From positions 22,997 through 86,996 of the forward strand of contig JBCQTJ010000003.1 in the NCBI GenBank assembly GCA_047178625.1: a stretch of 64,000 nucleotides of DNA, read 5' to 3'. The notes under the pieces were generated by a model that did not search any database, was not told the origin of the DNA, and saw only the letters and a program-made list of their open reading frames with translations. The DNA is from Rikenellaceae bacterium. Its GTDB lineage: Bacteria; Bacteroidota; Bacteroidia; Bacteroidales; Rikenellaceae. Both the position numbers and the translations under genes were made by a program. This document shows, in pieces, positions 1 through 9,811 of the stretch; the stretch's first letter is position 1, and each line of letters begins with the position of its first letter.

Positions 1-39
1 AAACAATCAAAAGAAAAAATAAAAAAACCAAAAAGAAAA

Positions 40-717
40 ATGAATTTTTTACAGACAGCAGCAGAGAGCACAAACACAGAGAGCACAATGGGCCTATGGG
101 AGCTATTCGCCAACGGCGGATGGTTGATGTGGCCGCTTTTAGCCTTAGGAGGAGTGACGATCTATATCTTCGTAGAGCGTTACATCGCCATCAGAAGGGC
201 CAACACAATCGAGCCCGACTTCATCGAGCGAATCAGAGATTACATCTATCAAGGCAAGGTGCCAGCAGCCATCGAGCTATGCCGCTCGTGTGACACCCCA
301 ATCGCACGAATGATCGAGAAGGGAATCACAAGAATCGGCCGCCCGATGAGCGACGTTCAGAGCGCAGTGGAGAATGTGGCGAACCTCGAGGTGTCGAAGT
401 TGGAGGAGAACTTGCCAGCCTTGGCAACAATAGCAGGAGGTGCGCCAATGATCGGATTCCTCGGTACGGTGTTGGGAATGGTGAGGACCTTTATGGATAT
501 GGCCGCAGGCGGTGGCACAGTCGATATGGCAGTCTTGGCGGGAGGAATGTATGTTGCGATGGTGACAACCGTTGCAGGTCTGTTGGTTGGTATCCCAGCC
601 TTCTTCGGCTACAACTACTTGGTGGCACGCATCGAGAAGTTGGTCTTTAGGATGGAGGCCAACTCGATCGCCTTCCTCGACATTCTGAGCCAGCCTTCGA
701 AGTCGCAGGCTAAGTAA
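40..717 (+). CDS. exbB: MotA/TolQ/ExbB proton channel family protein
   Basis: APMIGFLGTVLGM motif, three TM segments, upstream of an ExbD-like gene. Confidence 0.92.
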   Translation: MNFLQTAAESTNTESTMGLWELFANGGWLMWPLLALGGVTIYIFVERYIAIRRANTIEPDFIERIRDYIYQGKVPAAIELCRSCDTPIARMIEKGITRIGRPMSDVQSAVENVANLEVSKLEENLPALATIAGGAPMIGFLGTVLGMVRTFMDMAAGGGTVDMAVLAGGMYVAMVTTVAGLLVGIPAFFGYNYLVARIEKLVFRMEANSIAFLDILSQPSKSQAK

Positions 718-745
718 TCACCCCCAAAAAAGAGAGGATAAAATT

Positions 746-1150
746 ATGGCAATTAAACGTGGATCAAAGGTAGATAAATCCTTCTCGTCGGCCTCGATGA
801 CCGACCTGATGTTTCTGTTGTTGCTCTTTTTGTTGATCGCAACCACGCTCATCAACCCCAATGCGTTGAGGTTGACCCTGCCTCAGAGCAGCAATAAGCT
901 CCGCGACAAGGCGAGCACAACGGTGAGCATCGAGCAGACAAACGCAGGATACCGTTACTATGTCGAGATGGAGGAGGTGGCAGGCCTTGCTGAGATCGAG
1001 CAGAGGCTAAAGGTCCTGCTCTCCGATGCTCAGGAGGCGACCGTGTCGCTGCATTGCGACAAGAGCGTTGCGGTGGACGAGGTGGTTCAGGTGATGAATA
1101 TCGCCTCGAAGAGTAATTATAAGTTGATTTTAGCAACATCCCCCAAATAG
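746..1150 (+). CDS. exbD: Biopolymer transporter ExbD/TolR
   Basis: SMTDLMFLLLLF TM segment with conserved Asp; C-terminal DKSV..VVQVM. Confidence 0.92.
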   Translation: MAIKRGSKVDKSFSSASMTDLMFLLLLFLLIATTLINPNALRLTLPQSSNKLRDKASTTVSIEQTNAGYRYYVEMEEVAGLAEIEQRLKVLLSDAQEATVSLHCDKSVAVDEVVQVMNIASKSNYKLILATSPK

Positions 1151-1161
1151 AGGAGGCTACG

Positions 1162-1932
1162 ATGAGAGTGAATAATATAAGTCAAGCGATGTCAGATAAG
1201 TTGGCGCAACGAATTGGAGTTGTGGCGACCATTCTCTATGTCTTGGCCATAGCACTTGCGTTGTGGTTTGTTCGCTTCAACACCGATGTCACCGAGGATG
1301 CAGATGAGGTCTCGAAGGGGAGTATTCTGATCTCCTTCGGCAATAGCGACCAAGGGTCGGGCGAGGTGGAGAGGGTCGAGGAGGAGCCAGTCCCCGAGCC
1401 AGCACCCGTAGAGGAGCCCCAGCCCGAACCAGCCCCCGTGCCAACGCCAACGGTAGAGGAGAGCGAGGTGGAGCAGGTGATCCCCGAGGAGGCGACCGTG
1501 GAGCCCGAGCCCGAGGCGAGAGAGGTGAACAAACGAGCACTATTCCCAGGGGCGGCCAACAAGGCCGACGAGAGCCAAGGCGACAAGGTGGCTGTGAGCG
1601 ACCAAGTTGTGGGTTCGGATCGAGGTGTCGAGAGCGAACAATCATCGCTGGGAGGCGGATTGTCGGGTAGCTTCGACCTCGCTGGTAGATCGCTGATTGG
1701 TGTCTTGCCAATCCCCGACTACACGACCCAAGCCGAGGGTAGGGTGGTGATGAATATCACCGTCGACGAGAGCGGCCGAGTCACCTCGGCAAGCCTCAAA
1801 GCCAACAGCTCGACAACTAATAACTCAGCACTAATTGCAGCGGCAAGGGAGGCGGCCCTAAAGGCAACTTTCTCGACAAGTGAGTCATTTGTGCAGAGCG
1901 GAACAATAACCTATATCTTTAAGCTAAACTAA
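1162..1932 (+). CDS. tonB: TonB family energy transducer (start may be 1189)
   Basis: N-terminal TM, Pro/Glu-rich linker, TonB C-terminal domain (GRVVMNITVDESGRV...GTITYIF). Confidence 0.85.
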   Translation: MRVNNISQAMSDKLAQRIGVVATILYVLAIALALWFVRFNTDVTEDADEVSKGSILISFGNSDQGSGEVERVEEEPVPEPAPVEEPQPEPAPVPTPTVEESEVEQVIPEEATVEPEPEAREVNKRALFPGAANKADESQGDKVAVSDQVVGSDRGVESEQSSLGGGLSGSFDLAGRSLIGVLPIPDYTTQAEGRVVMNITVDESGRVTSASLKANSSTTNNSALIAAAREAALKATFSTSESFVQSGTITYIFKLN

Positions 1933-1934
1933 AG

Positions 1935-1974
1935 CAAGTCTCAGCAAGACTCAGAAGGTCTCAGTAAGACTCAG
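1935..1974 (+). repeat. 4 x 10-bp degenerate tandem repeat (NA[AG]G[TA]CTCAG)
   Basis: caagtctcag caagactcag aaggtctcag taagactcag. Confidence 0.85.
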
Positions 1975-2006
1975 CAAAGAAGGCAGTGAAAAAAAAAGAT
2001 AAGCAA

Positions 2007-2615
2007 ATGAAGATGAAATATTTGGCAAGTGTGGTGGCAAGTGTGGTGCTCGTAACGCTCCACATCCCCACCACCCAAGCAGAACAAATTGTAGAGTTAG
2101 GAGAGGTCGGGCAGCCAAGAGAGCTGACCTCGACAGAGCTGTTGCGTAGCAAGGAGCAGAGGGAGGAGAACAAGGTGGTGAGAGATAGCCTAAAGGTGCA
2201 ACGAGACAGCCTAAAGGAGGTAAAAAAGAGCGCCAAAGGGGGCTCAGACCCAATCCTATCTGATAGTGGGCCGCTGCTCTATTGCGACTCTATGACCTTC
2301 GATTTTGGTGTCGTGAGCCGCAAGAAGGGCGAGATCACCCACACCTTTGTGATCGAGAATTGCGGTGATGCCCCGTTGGTAATCACACGTGTCGAGAGGT
2401 CGTGTAGCTGTATGAAGGCGCAGATCTCCAAAAGGCCCATCGCCGTTGGTGAGCGGAGGATCTTGAAGGTGACATACGAGGTGATGAAGATGCCCCCAGG
2501 GCTATTTTCGAAGGTTGTTCAGATTTATTCGAACTCCCGAGATATGGGTTTTGCACAATTCACAATCACGGGTAGGTCGGTGAGCGTTAGAAGAAATTAC
2601 GAAGAGGAAAAATAA
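2007..2615 (+). CDS. DUF1573 (Ig-like) domain secreted protein
   Basis: Signal peptide; FDFG...HTF.IEN.G..PLVI..V..SCSC motif. Confidence 0.8.
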   Translation: MKMKYLASVVASVVLVTLHIPTTQAEQIVELGEVGQPRELTSTELLRSKEQREENKVVRDSLKVQRDSLKEVKKSAKGGSDPILSDSGPLLYCDSMTFDFGVVSRKKGEITHTFVIENCGDAPLVITRVERSCSCMKAQISKRPIAVGERRILKVTYEVMKMPPGLFSKVVQIYSNSRDMGFAQFTITGRSVSVRRNYEEEK

Positions 2616-3940
2616 TGAGAAGTAGAGAGGTAGTGTTGTTATCGGGGGGTGTGATCCTCGGAATGGAGAGTGTGGAGGTCGATGCGAGAGTCGGTTGGGT
2701 TGGAGTTGTCGAGGGGCGAATCGAGATGGTGAGCTTCGACGAGGCCGAGGCGGAGAGTTTTAGGCAGAGATACGAGCAGGTGAAAGAGGTGGATTGCAGG
2801 GGCCGAGTGGTGATGCCAGGGCTAATCAACACCCACTGTCATATCTCGATGACGCTGATGCGAAACTATGCCGACGACCACGAGCTGATGGATTGGCTCA
2901 ACAACTATATATGGCCCTTCGAGGCGTTGCAGAGCGACGAGGATATAGCCGCTGGGGCGAGGTTGGGCGTTGCGGAGCTGCTGCTTGGTGGCTGCACAAC
3001 CTTTGTAGATATGTATTGGAATGAGTGGGTTATCGCCCAAGTTGTCAAGCAGATGGGGGGCAGGGCTCACCTCTGTGAGGCGGTGTTGGATGGGCGTGAG
3101 AGTTTGTTTGTCGAGGGGCTCGTGAAGTTGGTCGCTGAGGCGAGCGAATGTGATAGGGTGAGCTGTGGCGTTGGACCACACGCCCCATATACCTGCTCGC
3201 CCGAGACTATGAAGTTGGCAAAGACTCAGGCCGATAAGTATGGCATCGCCTACACGATCCACCTGAGCGAGACCGATGGGGAGCGAGCAATGATCGAGGA
3301 GCGATATGGCTGCTCACCACTCGACTATGTGGAGCGAGCAGGGATGCTCAACGAGCAGATGATCTTGGCCCACACCATCCACGTCACAGACGAGGAGATC
3401 GAGCGGATAGCAAAGAGTGGCGCCTCGGTGGCCCACAACCCACAATCGAATATGAAGTTGGCAAGTGGCGTGGCCCCAGTGGCGAAGATGATGCGCCAAG
3501 GGGTCAACTGCACAGTCGCCACCGATGGAGCCTGCTCCAACAACGACCTCGATATGTGGGACGAGATGCGCTCAGCCTCGATGTTGCAGCGTGTTGTTGA
3601 GCGTGACCCGATGGCTCTGAAGGCTTACGAGGTGTTGCGAATGGCGACCTATGGCGCTGCTAAGGCGTTGGGGAGAAGCGACTTGGGTGTTGTGAAGGAG
3701 GGGGCTGTGGCCGATATAGTCATTGTCGATCTGAGTGCTGCACATCTGCGCCCTGCAACCAATGTCGTCTCGGCCTTGCACTTCTGTGCCAATGGGGGCG
3801 ATGTCGAGTCGGTGATGGTCGATGGTCGCTTTGTCGTTGAGGGGGGTCGGTTGATCGGCTTCGATATCGAGGAGCTATGCTTAGATGTCGAGCGACGTAG
3901 CCGTGCCATCATCGAGCGGGTTGAGAGTAAAGAGAAATAG
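2615..3940 (+). CDS. Amidohydrolase, MTA/SAH deaminase-like
   Basis: PGLINTHCH, HAPYT, IHLSET, HNPQSNMKLASG, TDGACSNN motifs. Confidence 0.88.
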   Translation: MRSREVVLLSGGVILGMESVEVDARVGWVGVVEGRIEMVSFDEAEAESFRQRYEQVKEVDCRGRVVMPGLINTHCHISMTLMRNYADDHELMDWLNNYIWPFEALQSDEDIAAGARLGVAELLLGGCTTFVDMYWNEWVIAQVVKQMGGRAHLCEAVLDGRESLFVEGLVKLVAEASECDRVSCGVGPHAPYTCSPETMKLAKTQADKYGIAYTIHLSETDGERAMIEERYGCSPLDYVERAGMLNEQMILAHTIHVTDEEIERIAKSGASVAHNPQSNMKLASGVAPVAKMMRQGVNCTVATDGACSNNDLDMWDEMRSASMLQRVVERDPMALKAYEVLRMATYGAAKALGRSDLGVVKEGAVADIVIVDLSAAHLRPATNVVSALHFCANGGDVESVMVDGRFVVEGGRLIGFDIEELCLDVERRSRAIIERVESKEK

Positions 3941-3961
3941 TTATATATACATATAATATAT

Positions 3962-4164
3962 ATGAGTTCGAAATTTATTTCGAACTCTTCCGCTGAGGAG
4001 CGCAAGCGACCAAGTCCCCTCCCAAAGGGAGGGGACTTAGGGGTGGGGTAAGATATGAAAAGGGCTTTTAAAGCCCTTAATGTGAGTTCGAGAATAAGGA
4101 AAACTCACAAAAATGGAGTAATTAAATAGATAAAAAGTGAGTTTTTCTTATTCTTGAACTTACA
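3962..4164 (+). repeat. ~205-bp multi-hairpin dispersed element, copy 1 (upstream of mrp)
   Basis: Colinear with 28903-29114 and 31368-31582; hairpins GAGTTCGAAAT/ATTTCGAACTC, CCCCTCCC/GGGAGGGG and a long 3' inverted repeat. Confidence 0.92.
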
Positions 4165-4173
4165 TTACTATAT

Positions 4174-5244
4174 ATGGAGAGTAAAATCAGGCAAATTTTG
4201 GATAGCGTGACCCACCCCGAGTCGGGAGTAGGGATTCACGATGGCGGTTTTGTAGACCAAATCAACGCCAACGACGAGCGCATCTCGGTGACGCTACGTT
4301 TCGAAAAGACGAGAGACCCATTTGCGGTGAAGATCAAACGTAGGGTCGAGCAGGCCTTAAAAGAGAGCTACCCCGACCACGCCATCGTAGTGATGGTAAA
4401 GGAGGGTGTAGCGCCTCGCAAAGCAGATGCCGCAACCTCGGCCGAGGCCCACTCAACGACAACCAAGGTGGCACACACCATCGCCATAGCCTCGGGAAAG
4501 GGTGGCGTAGGAAAATCTACTGTCACCTCGAACCTCGCCATCGCACTCCGAGATTTGGGCTTTAGGGTGGGTGTGTTGGATGCCGATATCTATGGCCCAT
4601 CGCAACCCAAGATGTTTGGCTGTGAGGGGTTTGCCCCCGAGGCGATGGTCGAGCGTGGTGAGGATGGCGCTGAGCGTGAGGTGATCATCCCTGCCGAGGT
4701 CGATGGTATCAAGATTATGTCGATCGGCTTCTTTATCAAGCCCACCGACCCTCTGTTGTGGCGTGGCACGATGGCCTCGAACGCCCTCAAGCAGCTGCTC
4801 CACCAGACTCAATGGGGAGCCCTCGACTTCCTGCTTGTCGACCTCCCTCCAGGGACTGGCGACATCCACCTAACGATCCTCTCGTCGATCAAATTCTCGA
4901 GTGCCGTGATCGTATCGACCCCTCAGGGAATCGCCTTGGCCGACGTGGTGCGTGGTGTCGAGATGTTTGCCCACTCTGGCGTTAATGTCCCTGTGGCAGG
5001 TATCATCGAGAATATGGCCTACTTCACACCCGACGATATGCCCGAGAAAAAATATTATATCTTCGGAGAGGGCGGAGCGACCAAATATGCAGCCGAGAGG
5101 GGGCTCAACCTCCTTGGCGAGGTGCCGATCTACGAGACAATTATGAGTGGTGGCGAGAAGGGCCGACCAGCCTCGATCTCCGACCCACGTGTGGCGAAGT
5201 GCTATGAGTCAATTGCTCAGGGAGTTATGCGAGGGACACTTTAA
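4174..5244 (+). CDS. mrp: Mrp/NBP35 (ApbC) Fe-S cluster carrier ATPase
   Basis: SGKGGVGKST, DADIYGPS, DLPPGTGD, ENMAYF motifs. Confidence 0.93.
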   Translation: MESKIRQILDSVTHPESGVGIHDGGFVDQINANDERISVTLRFEKTRDPFAVKIKRRVEQALKESYPDHAIVVMVKEGVAPRKADAATSAEAHSTTTKVAHTIAIASGKGGVGKSTVTSNLAIALRDLGFRVGVLDADIYGPSQPKMFGCEGFAPEAMVERGEDGAEREVIIPAEVDGIKIMSIGFFIKPTDPLLWRGTMASNALKQLLHQTQWGALDFLLVDLPPGTGDIHLTILSSIKFSSAVIVSTPQGIALADVVRGVEMFAHSGVNVPVAGIIENMAYFTPDDMPEKKYYIFGEGGATKYAAERGLNLLGEVPIYETIMSGGEKGRPASISDPRVAKCYESIAQGVMRGTL

Positions 5245-5261
5245 ATTAGATAAAAAATTTC

Positions 5262-5269
5262 TACCTTTG
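5262..5269 (+). promoter_or_regulatory. Bacteroidota housekeeping promoter -7 element
   Basis: TACCTTTG matches TAnnTTTG, ~50 bp upstream of the 5321 ORF. Confidence 0.6.
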
Positions 5270-5320
5270 TAAAAGGTGCCTACCTAAATCAACCACAAAT
5301 AACCATAAGCTATTAACACA

Positions 5321-7678
5321 ATGATAAATAATTTCACCCTATTGCTCACCGCTCTGTTCGTAACAGCTGTTGCCAACGCTGCCGATGAGACCAAGATCTC
5401 GCCCCTCACGGAGAGGGCCGAGGCGCTGTTGAAGGGTCAGAAGATCCTCTACATCGAGCGTGACCAATATGCGAGGGACCACCACAACACCGCAACGCTA
5501 TTCGAGTATGGCGAGGTGAATGAGGCGAGTTTCCGCCCAGGGTCGGCAATTAAGGTCTACGATGTAGACACTCAGAGCATCACAACCTTGATCGACTCTC
5601 CCGATGGCGTTGTCCGTGATCCAGAGATCTCGTATGATGGCCAGAAGATCCTCTTTTCGTGGAGAAAAGATCTAAAGGATGGCTACCAGATCTATGAGAT
5701 GAATATTGATGGTTCGGATCTTAAGCAGTTGACATTCTCGAATGGAACTTCGGATATCGACCCACTCTATCTGCCCGATGGCGGAATTATGTTTAGCTCC
5801 ACTCGTGAGCCGAAGTATTGTATGTGTAACCGCCACATTATGGCCAACCTCTATAGGATGAATGGCGATGGAACCGATGTGAAGCAGGTGGGTGTGAGTA
5901 CCCTCTTCGAGGGCCACGCCGCAATGTTGAACGATGGACGTGTGATCTACGATAGGTGGGAGTATGTCGATCGTAACTTCGGTGATGCGCAGGGTTTGTG
6001 GGTTGTCAATCCCGATGGAACCAAGCACGCCATCTACTACGGAAATAATATGGCCTCACCAGGTGGAATCATCGACGCACGTGCGATCCCAGGTAGCTCG
6101 GAGGTGGTCTGTATCTTCACCTCGTGCCACGATCGCCCTTGGGGAGCGATGGCTATCATCGACCGTGATAAGGGTGTCGATGGACCACAGTCTGTTGTGG
6201 CGTTGTTGCCAACCAATAGCTGGAAATATTTGGATGTGAAGAGCTGGGATGCCTTCCGCCCAGTCGAGAACTCTTATGAGGATCCCTACCCAATCAACAA
6301 AGATAACTTCTTGGTGTCGAGGACTATATCATATAAGTTGGGCCCTGGTACTTGGAAGAATACCCCCGACACAGCGATCTTCTTGGTCGATCGTGATGGC
6401 TACGAGGAGCAGCTGTTGGATGGCAAGAAGTGTCTCTTCGATCCGATGATTATCCGTGCGCCATTCAAGCCTGCGGTGATCCCATCGACAGTGGACGAGA
6501 GTCTCGATTACGGAACATTCTATGTTCAAGATGTCTACGAGGGTACCCATATGGAGGGTGTCGAGAAGGGCTCTGTGAAGTGGTTGCGTGTTGTGGAGTC
6601 GCCAGCCAAAAAGAGCTGGACTGATAGGAAGTGGACTGGTCAAGGTGCTCAGTTCCCTGGTGTCAACTGGAGCAGCTTCGAGACTAAGAAGGTGTTGGGA
6701 GTGGTCCCCGTTGCGGAGGATGGCTCGGCAAGTTTCGAGGCCCCAGCAGGAAAGCACCTCTATTTTCAGGTGTTGGATAAGGATATGAAGATGATACAGT
6801 CGATGCGAAGTGGAGTGTCGTTGTTGGCAGGTGAGACCAACGGATGTATCGGATGCCACGAGGATAGGTTGATGATCCCGAGGATGGGTGAGAAGTTGCC
6901 TACGGCGTTGCAGAAGAAGCCTATGAAGTTGGCCGATTGGGCCGAGAAGGAGCCTGTAAACTTCTCATTCTTGGAGCATATCCAGCCTATCATAGACAAA
7001 AGATGTATGAAGTGCCACGACTTCGACAAGAGCGACAGGGATAAGTTGGTGTTGGCGAGGGATCTGAATCCATACTTCAACGCAGCATATATCAATTTGT
7101 ATGTCAACAAGAGCCTCACATTAGCTGGTGGAGGTGGAGCCGAGACTATGCAGGCCTACTCTTGGGGTAGCCACCCAAGTGAGCTCACCAAGGTGATCGA
7201 GAACAGATATCCAAAGCATCCGAAGGTGAAGCTAAACGATGCGGAGCGTAAGAAGTTCTATGAGTGGATGGATATCAATGGAGTCTACTACCCAGTCTAT
7301 GAGACAGCGTTTGACACCAATGCGGCGGGTCGTGCCCCCTTAACCGACGAGGAGTTCGCCGAGGTTAAGAAGCTCACGGGCCTCGACTTCGCAAGCTTTA
7401 AGGATCTCGGTAGTCTTAATCGTAAGTTGATGGCTCAGATCTCGTTCGATAGGCCAGAGCAGAGCCCCTGCTTGGATCTCGTTCGTGACGATGCGGCGAA
7501 GTATAAGCGAATGGTTGAGCTCATCACCCTCGGTAAGGAGCGTTTGGAGGCGACCCCACGTGGTGACATCGAGAGTAAGCTCGTGATGTGCGAGAAGAAC
7601 AAGAGGCAGTTGGAGAACTATATGACTCGCTTCAAGGAGAACAAGCCTTGCTGCCTAACCGATGAGTGTGCGGAGTAA
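5321..7678 (+). CDS. Secreted PD40/beta-propeller protein with hydrazine synthase alpha-like middle domain and two CxxCH motifs
   Basis: Signal peptide; TolB/PD40-like repeats (DPEISYDGQKILFS, DIDPLYLPDGGIMFSS); GVVPVAEDGSASF.AP....YFQ.LD; CIGCH and CMKCH. Confidence 0.75.
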   Translation: MINNFTLLLTALFVTAVANAADETKISPLTERAEALLKGQKILYIERDQYARDHHNTATLFEYGEVNEASFRPGSAIKVYDVDTQSITTLIDSPDGVVRDPEISYDGQKILFSWRKDLKDGYQIYEMNIDGSDLKQLTFSNGTSDIDPLYLPDGGIMFSSTREPKYCMCNRHIMANLYRMNGDGTDVKQVGVSTLFEGHAAMLNDGRVIYDRWEYVDRNFGDAQGLWVVNPDGTKHAIYYGNNMASPGGIIDARAIPGSSEVVCIFTSCHDRPWGAMAIIDRDKGVDGPQSVVALLPTNSWKYLDVKSWDAFRPVENSYEDPYPINKDNFLVSRTISYKLGPGTWKNTPDTAIFLVDRDGYEEQLLDGKKCLFDPMIIRAPFKPAVIPSTVDESLDYGTFYVQDVYEGTHMEGVEKGSVKWLRVVESPAKKSWTDRKWTGQGAQFPGVNWSSFETKKVLGVVPVAEDGSASFEAPAGKHLYFQVLDKDMKMIQSMRSGVSLLAGETNGCIGCHEDRLMIPRMGEKLPTALQKKPMKLADWAEKEPVNFSFLEHIQPIIDKRCMKCHDFDKSDRDKLVLARDLNPYFNAAYINLYVNKSLTLAGGGGAETMQAYSWGSHPSELTKVIENRYPKHPKVKLNDAERKKFYEWMDINGVYYPVYETAFDTNAAGRAPLTDEEFAEVKKLTGLDFASFKDLGSLNRKLMAQISFDRPEQSPCLDLVRDDAAKYKRMVELITLGKERLEATPRGDIESKLVMCEKNKRQLENYMTRFKENKPCCLTDECAE

Positions 7679-7715
7679 GCCCCGAGAGCCGAACCCTAAC
7701 AAACGTTACACTGTT

Positions 7716-7798
7716 CGTCATTGCGGCCCCCGAGCCGCAATCCCTAATCTTCTGTAATGGATAGAATTAGAGATTGCGAGTCGGGGGCCGCAATGACG
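7716..7798. repeat. CGTC-type REP doublet (inverted pair) between convergent genes
   Basis: CGTCATTGCGGCCCCCGAGCCGCAATC...GATTGCGAGTCGGGGGCCGCAATGACG; related copy at 46039-46119. Confidence 0.85.
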
Positions 7799-7823
7799 TA
7801 TTGAGGGGCCGAAACGACCCAAG

Positions 7824-8828
7824 TTAAAACAGCTCCCCCGAGAGGGTAGGCAGATCATATCCCAAGTGGCGGAAGGCCAGCTCCGTGGCCTCACGACCCC
7901 GTGGCGTGCGCTTTAAGAATCCCTCCATAATGAGGAATGGCTCGTAGACCTCCTCGATGGTGCCGGCATCCTCGCCTACGGCTGTGGCTATGGTGTTGAG
8001 CCCCACAGGACCCCCTTTGAACTTATCTATTATCGCACCCAAGATCTTGTTGTCCATCTGGTCCAACCCTCGTGAGTCGATGTTGAGGGCCGTGAGGGCG
8101 ATCTTCGCAATCTCGAGGTTGATGCGGCCATCCCCCTTGACCATCGCAAAGTCCCTCACCCTGCGAAGTAGGGCGTTGGCGATACGAGGTGTGCCCCTCG
8201 AACGGAGTGCAATCTCCATCGCTGCATCGTCGTCGATGGGGACCGAGAGGATATTGGCAGCCCTGCGGATGATGCGTGAGAGGGTCTCAGCGTCGTAATA
8301 CTCCAAATGACACTGAATCCCGAAACGGGCCCTCAGGGGCGATGTCAACAGACCACTTCGGGTCGTGGCTCCCACCAACGTAAAGGGCTTAAGCTCGATC
8401 TGAATAGTTCGGGCCGAGGGGCCTTTGTCGAGCACGATGTCGATCTTGTAATCCTCCATTGCCGAGTAGAGATACTCCTCTACTATGGGGCTCAGGCGGT
8501 GGATCTCGTCGATGAAGAGGATGTCGCCAGCGTCGAGGCTGGTGAGTAGCCCCGCTAAGTTGCCAGGTTTGTCGAGCACGGGGCCCGAAGTCACCTTCAT
8601 ATCGGCGCCCAACTCTTGGGCCACGATGCCTGCGAGGGTGGTTTTGCCCAACCCTGGGGGGCCGTGAAGAAGCAGGTGGTCGAGTGATTCGCCACGCATC
8701 AAAGCGGCTCGGATGAAGATCTTTAGGTTCTCCACCGTCTTGCGCTGCCCTGCAAAATCTTCGATCTCTTGGGGGCGTATCTTCGCCTCAAATTCGAGGT
8801 CGCTCTCTGTGTTTCTGACTATCGACAT
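7824..8828 (-). CDS. ruvB: Holliday junction branch migration helicase RuvB
   Basis: [41 protein letters not shown]; ATG at 8828 lies downstream of a TATCTTTG promoter motif at 8850-8857. Confidence 0.97.
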   Translation of the reverse strand: MSIVRNTESDLEFEAKIRPQEIEDFAGQRKTVENLKIFIRAALMRGESLDHLLLHGPPGLGKTTLAGIVAQELGADMKVTSGPVLDKPGNLAGLLTSLDAGDILFIDEIHRLSPIVEEYLYSAMEDYKIDIVLDKGPSARTIQIELKPFTLVGATTRSGLLTSPLRARFGIQCHLEYYDAETLSRIIRRAANILSVPIDDDAAMEIALRSRGTPRIANALLRRVRDFAMVKGDGRINLEIAKIALTALNIDSRGLDQMDNKILGAIIDKFKGGPVGLNTIATAVGEDAGTIEEVYEPFLIMEGFLKRTPRGREATELAFRHLGYDLPTLSGELF

Positions 8829-8966
8829 TGAAATACGTTTATCTACCCACAAAGATAGGATAAAAAAAGAATAAAAGCATTGGATAAAAAGAGAAAATCT
8901 TATGCTATATCACCCTAATTTTACTATATTTGCGATAGTTTACTGTGAGTGGTGGTTTGATGGGTG

Positions 8967-9038
8967 TGGTCACGGAAGGATTCGAACCTTCATCGTAAGA
9001 ACCGGAATCTTATATTCTATCCATTGAACTACGCAACC
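8967..9038 (-). tRNA. tRNA-Arg(CCG)
   Basis: Minus strand GGTTGCGTAGTTCAATGGATAGAATA-TAAGA-TTCCGGT-TCTTA-CGAT-GAAGG-TTCGAAT-CCTTC-CGTGACC-A folds into a cloverleaf with anticodon CCG. Confidence 0.95.
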
Positions 9039-9092
9039 TAAGTGTACTGAGAGTGCAAAGATGCGAAAAAAATCTTACAGTAACAAATTGCT

Positions 9093-9737
9093 ATGGAGCA
9101 GAGTGAGCAAAAATATTGGGAACGCCTATCGGCGGTGATTAGGTGGAGTAATATGACCACCAACCATTTTGCGCACCACATCGGGCTCAAAAATGGCGAG
9201 AACCTATACCAGATCAAGCGAGGCAACAACAAGATCTCGAGGCGACTGGCTGAGGCGATTGTCGAGGCCTTTCCCGAGGTTAGCGAGGCGTGGTTGTTGG
9301 CGGGCGATGGCGAGATGTTCACCCCACGCTCGCAGTGTGGTGTGGAGCTCCCCTTCTACGATGTCGACTTGGAGAGTAGCATCACGGCGGTAGATAGCTT
9401 GATCCCTTCGTCGACGATGAGGCTGCCATCCTCTATCGAGGCCGATTTTGCGATGGTCTATCGTGGTGATCAGATGTTGCCCTCTATTCCGCCCAATACG
9501 GTGGTTGTGTTGCGTATGGTCGAGCTCAAGCAGCTTGTTTATGGCAAGGAGTACCTTGTGGTGAGCCCCTCGATTGTGACACTGAGGTGTGTGAGGGCTC
9601 CGCTTGTTGCCGCCACGGAGTCACAGATGTTGAGGTTGGTGGCGGCTAATGGTGCGAGCTACGACGATGTTGAGATCGAGAGGGCGGCCGTCGAGGCTTT
9701 GTATCGAGTGGTCGCTAAGTTGGTGATTAGCTATTAA
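9093..9737 (+). CDS. XRE/phage-repressor-like HTH protein with degenerate S24 (LexA/CI-type) C-terminal domain
   Basis: N-terminal HTH ending WLLAGDGEM; LPFYD linker; GDQM.P.IP.NTVV resembles S24. Confidence 0.7.
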   Translation: MEQSEQKYWERLSAVIRWSNMTTNHFAHHIGLKNGENLYQIKRGNNKISRRLAEAIVEAFPEVSEAWLLAGDGEMFTPRSQCGVELPFYDVDLESSITAVDSLIPSSTMRLPSSIEADFAMVYRGDQMLPSIPPNTVVVLRMVELKQLVYGKEYLVVSPSIVTLRCVRAPLVAATESQMLRLVAANGASYDDVEIERAAVEALYRVVAKLVISY

Positions 9738-9811
9738 GGGGGCCGTTAAAAGGGGGCCGTTAAGAGAGAGAAAAAGTTATTTATTTAATATTTTATTTAG
9801 GAGAGAGAATT

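Noticed and set aside
5321-7678. Evidence of anammox or hydrazine synthesis
   Set aside because: Only a domain-level resemblance; no hzsB/hzsC or other anammox genes in the window
7756-7767. 12-nt match (AATGGATAGAAT) between the REP spacer and the tRNA-Arg D-loop
   Set aside because: Short and AT-rich, and not the tRNA 3' end used for att sites; probably chance
8967-9737. Prophage inserted at tRNA-Arg
   Set aside because: No integrase, no duplicated tRNA 3' end seen, and the neighbours are ruvB and ribE
9736-9811. FMN riboswitch before ribE; 14-bp tandem AAGGGGGCCGTTAA x2
   Set aside because: The intergenic gap is too short and lacks RFN motifs; the duplication looks like local slippage
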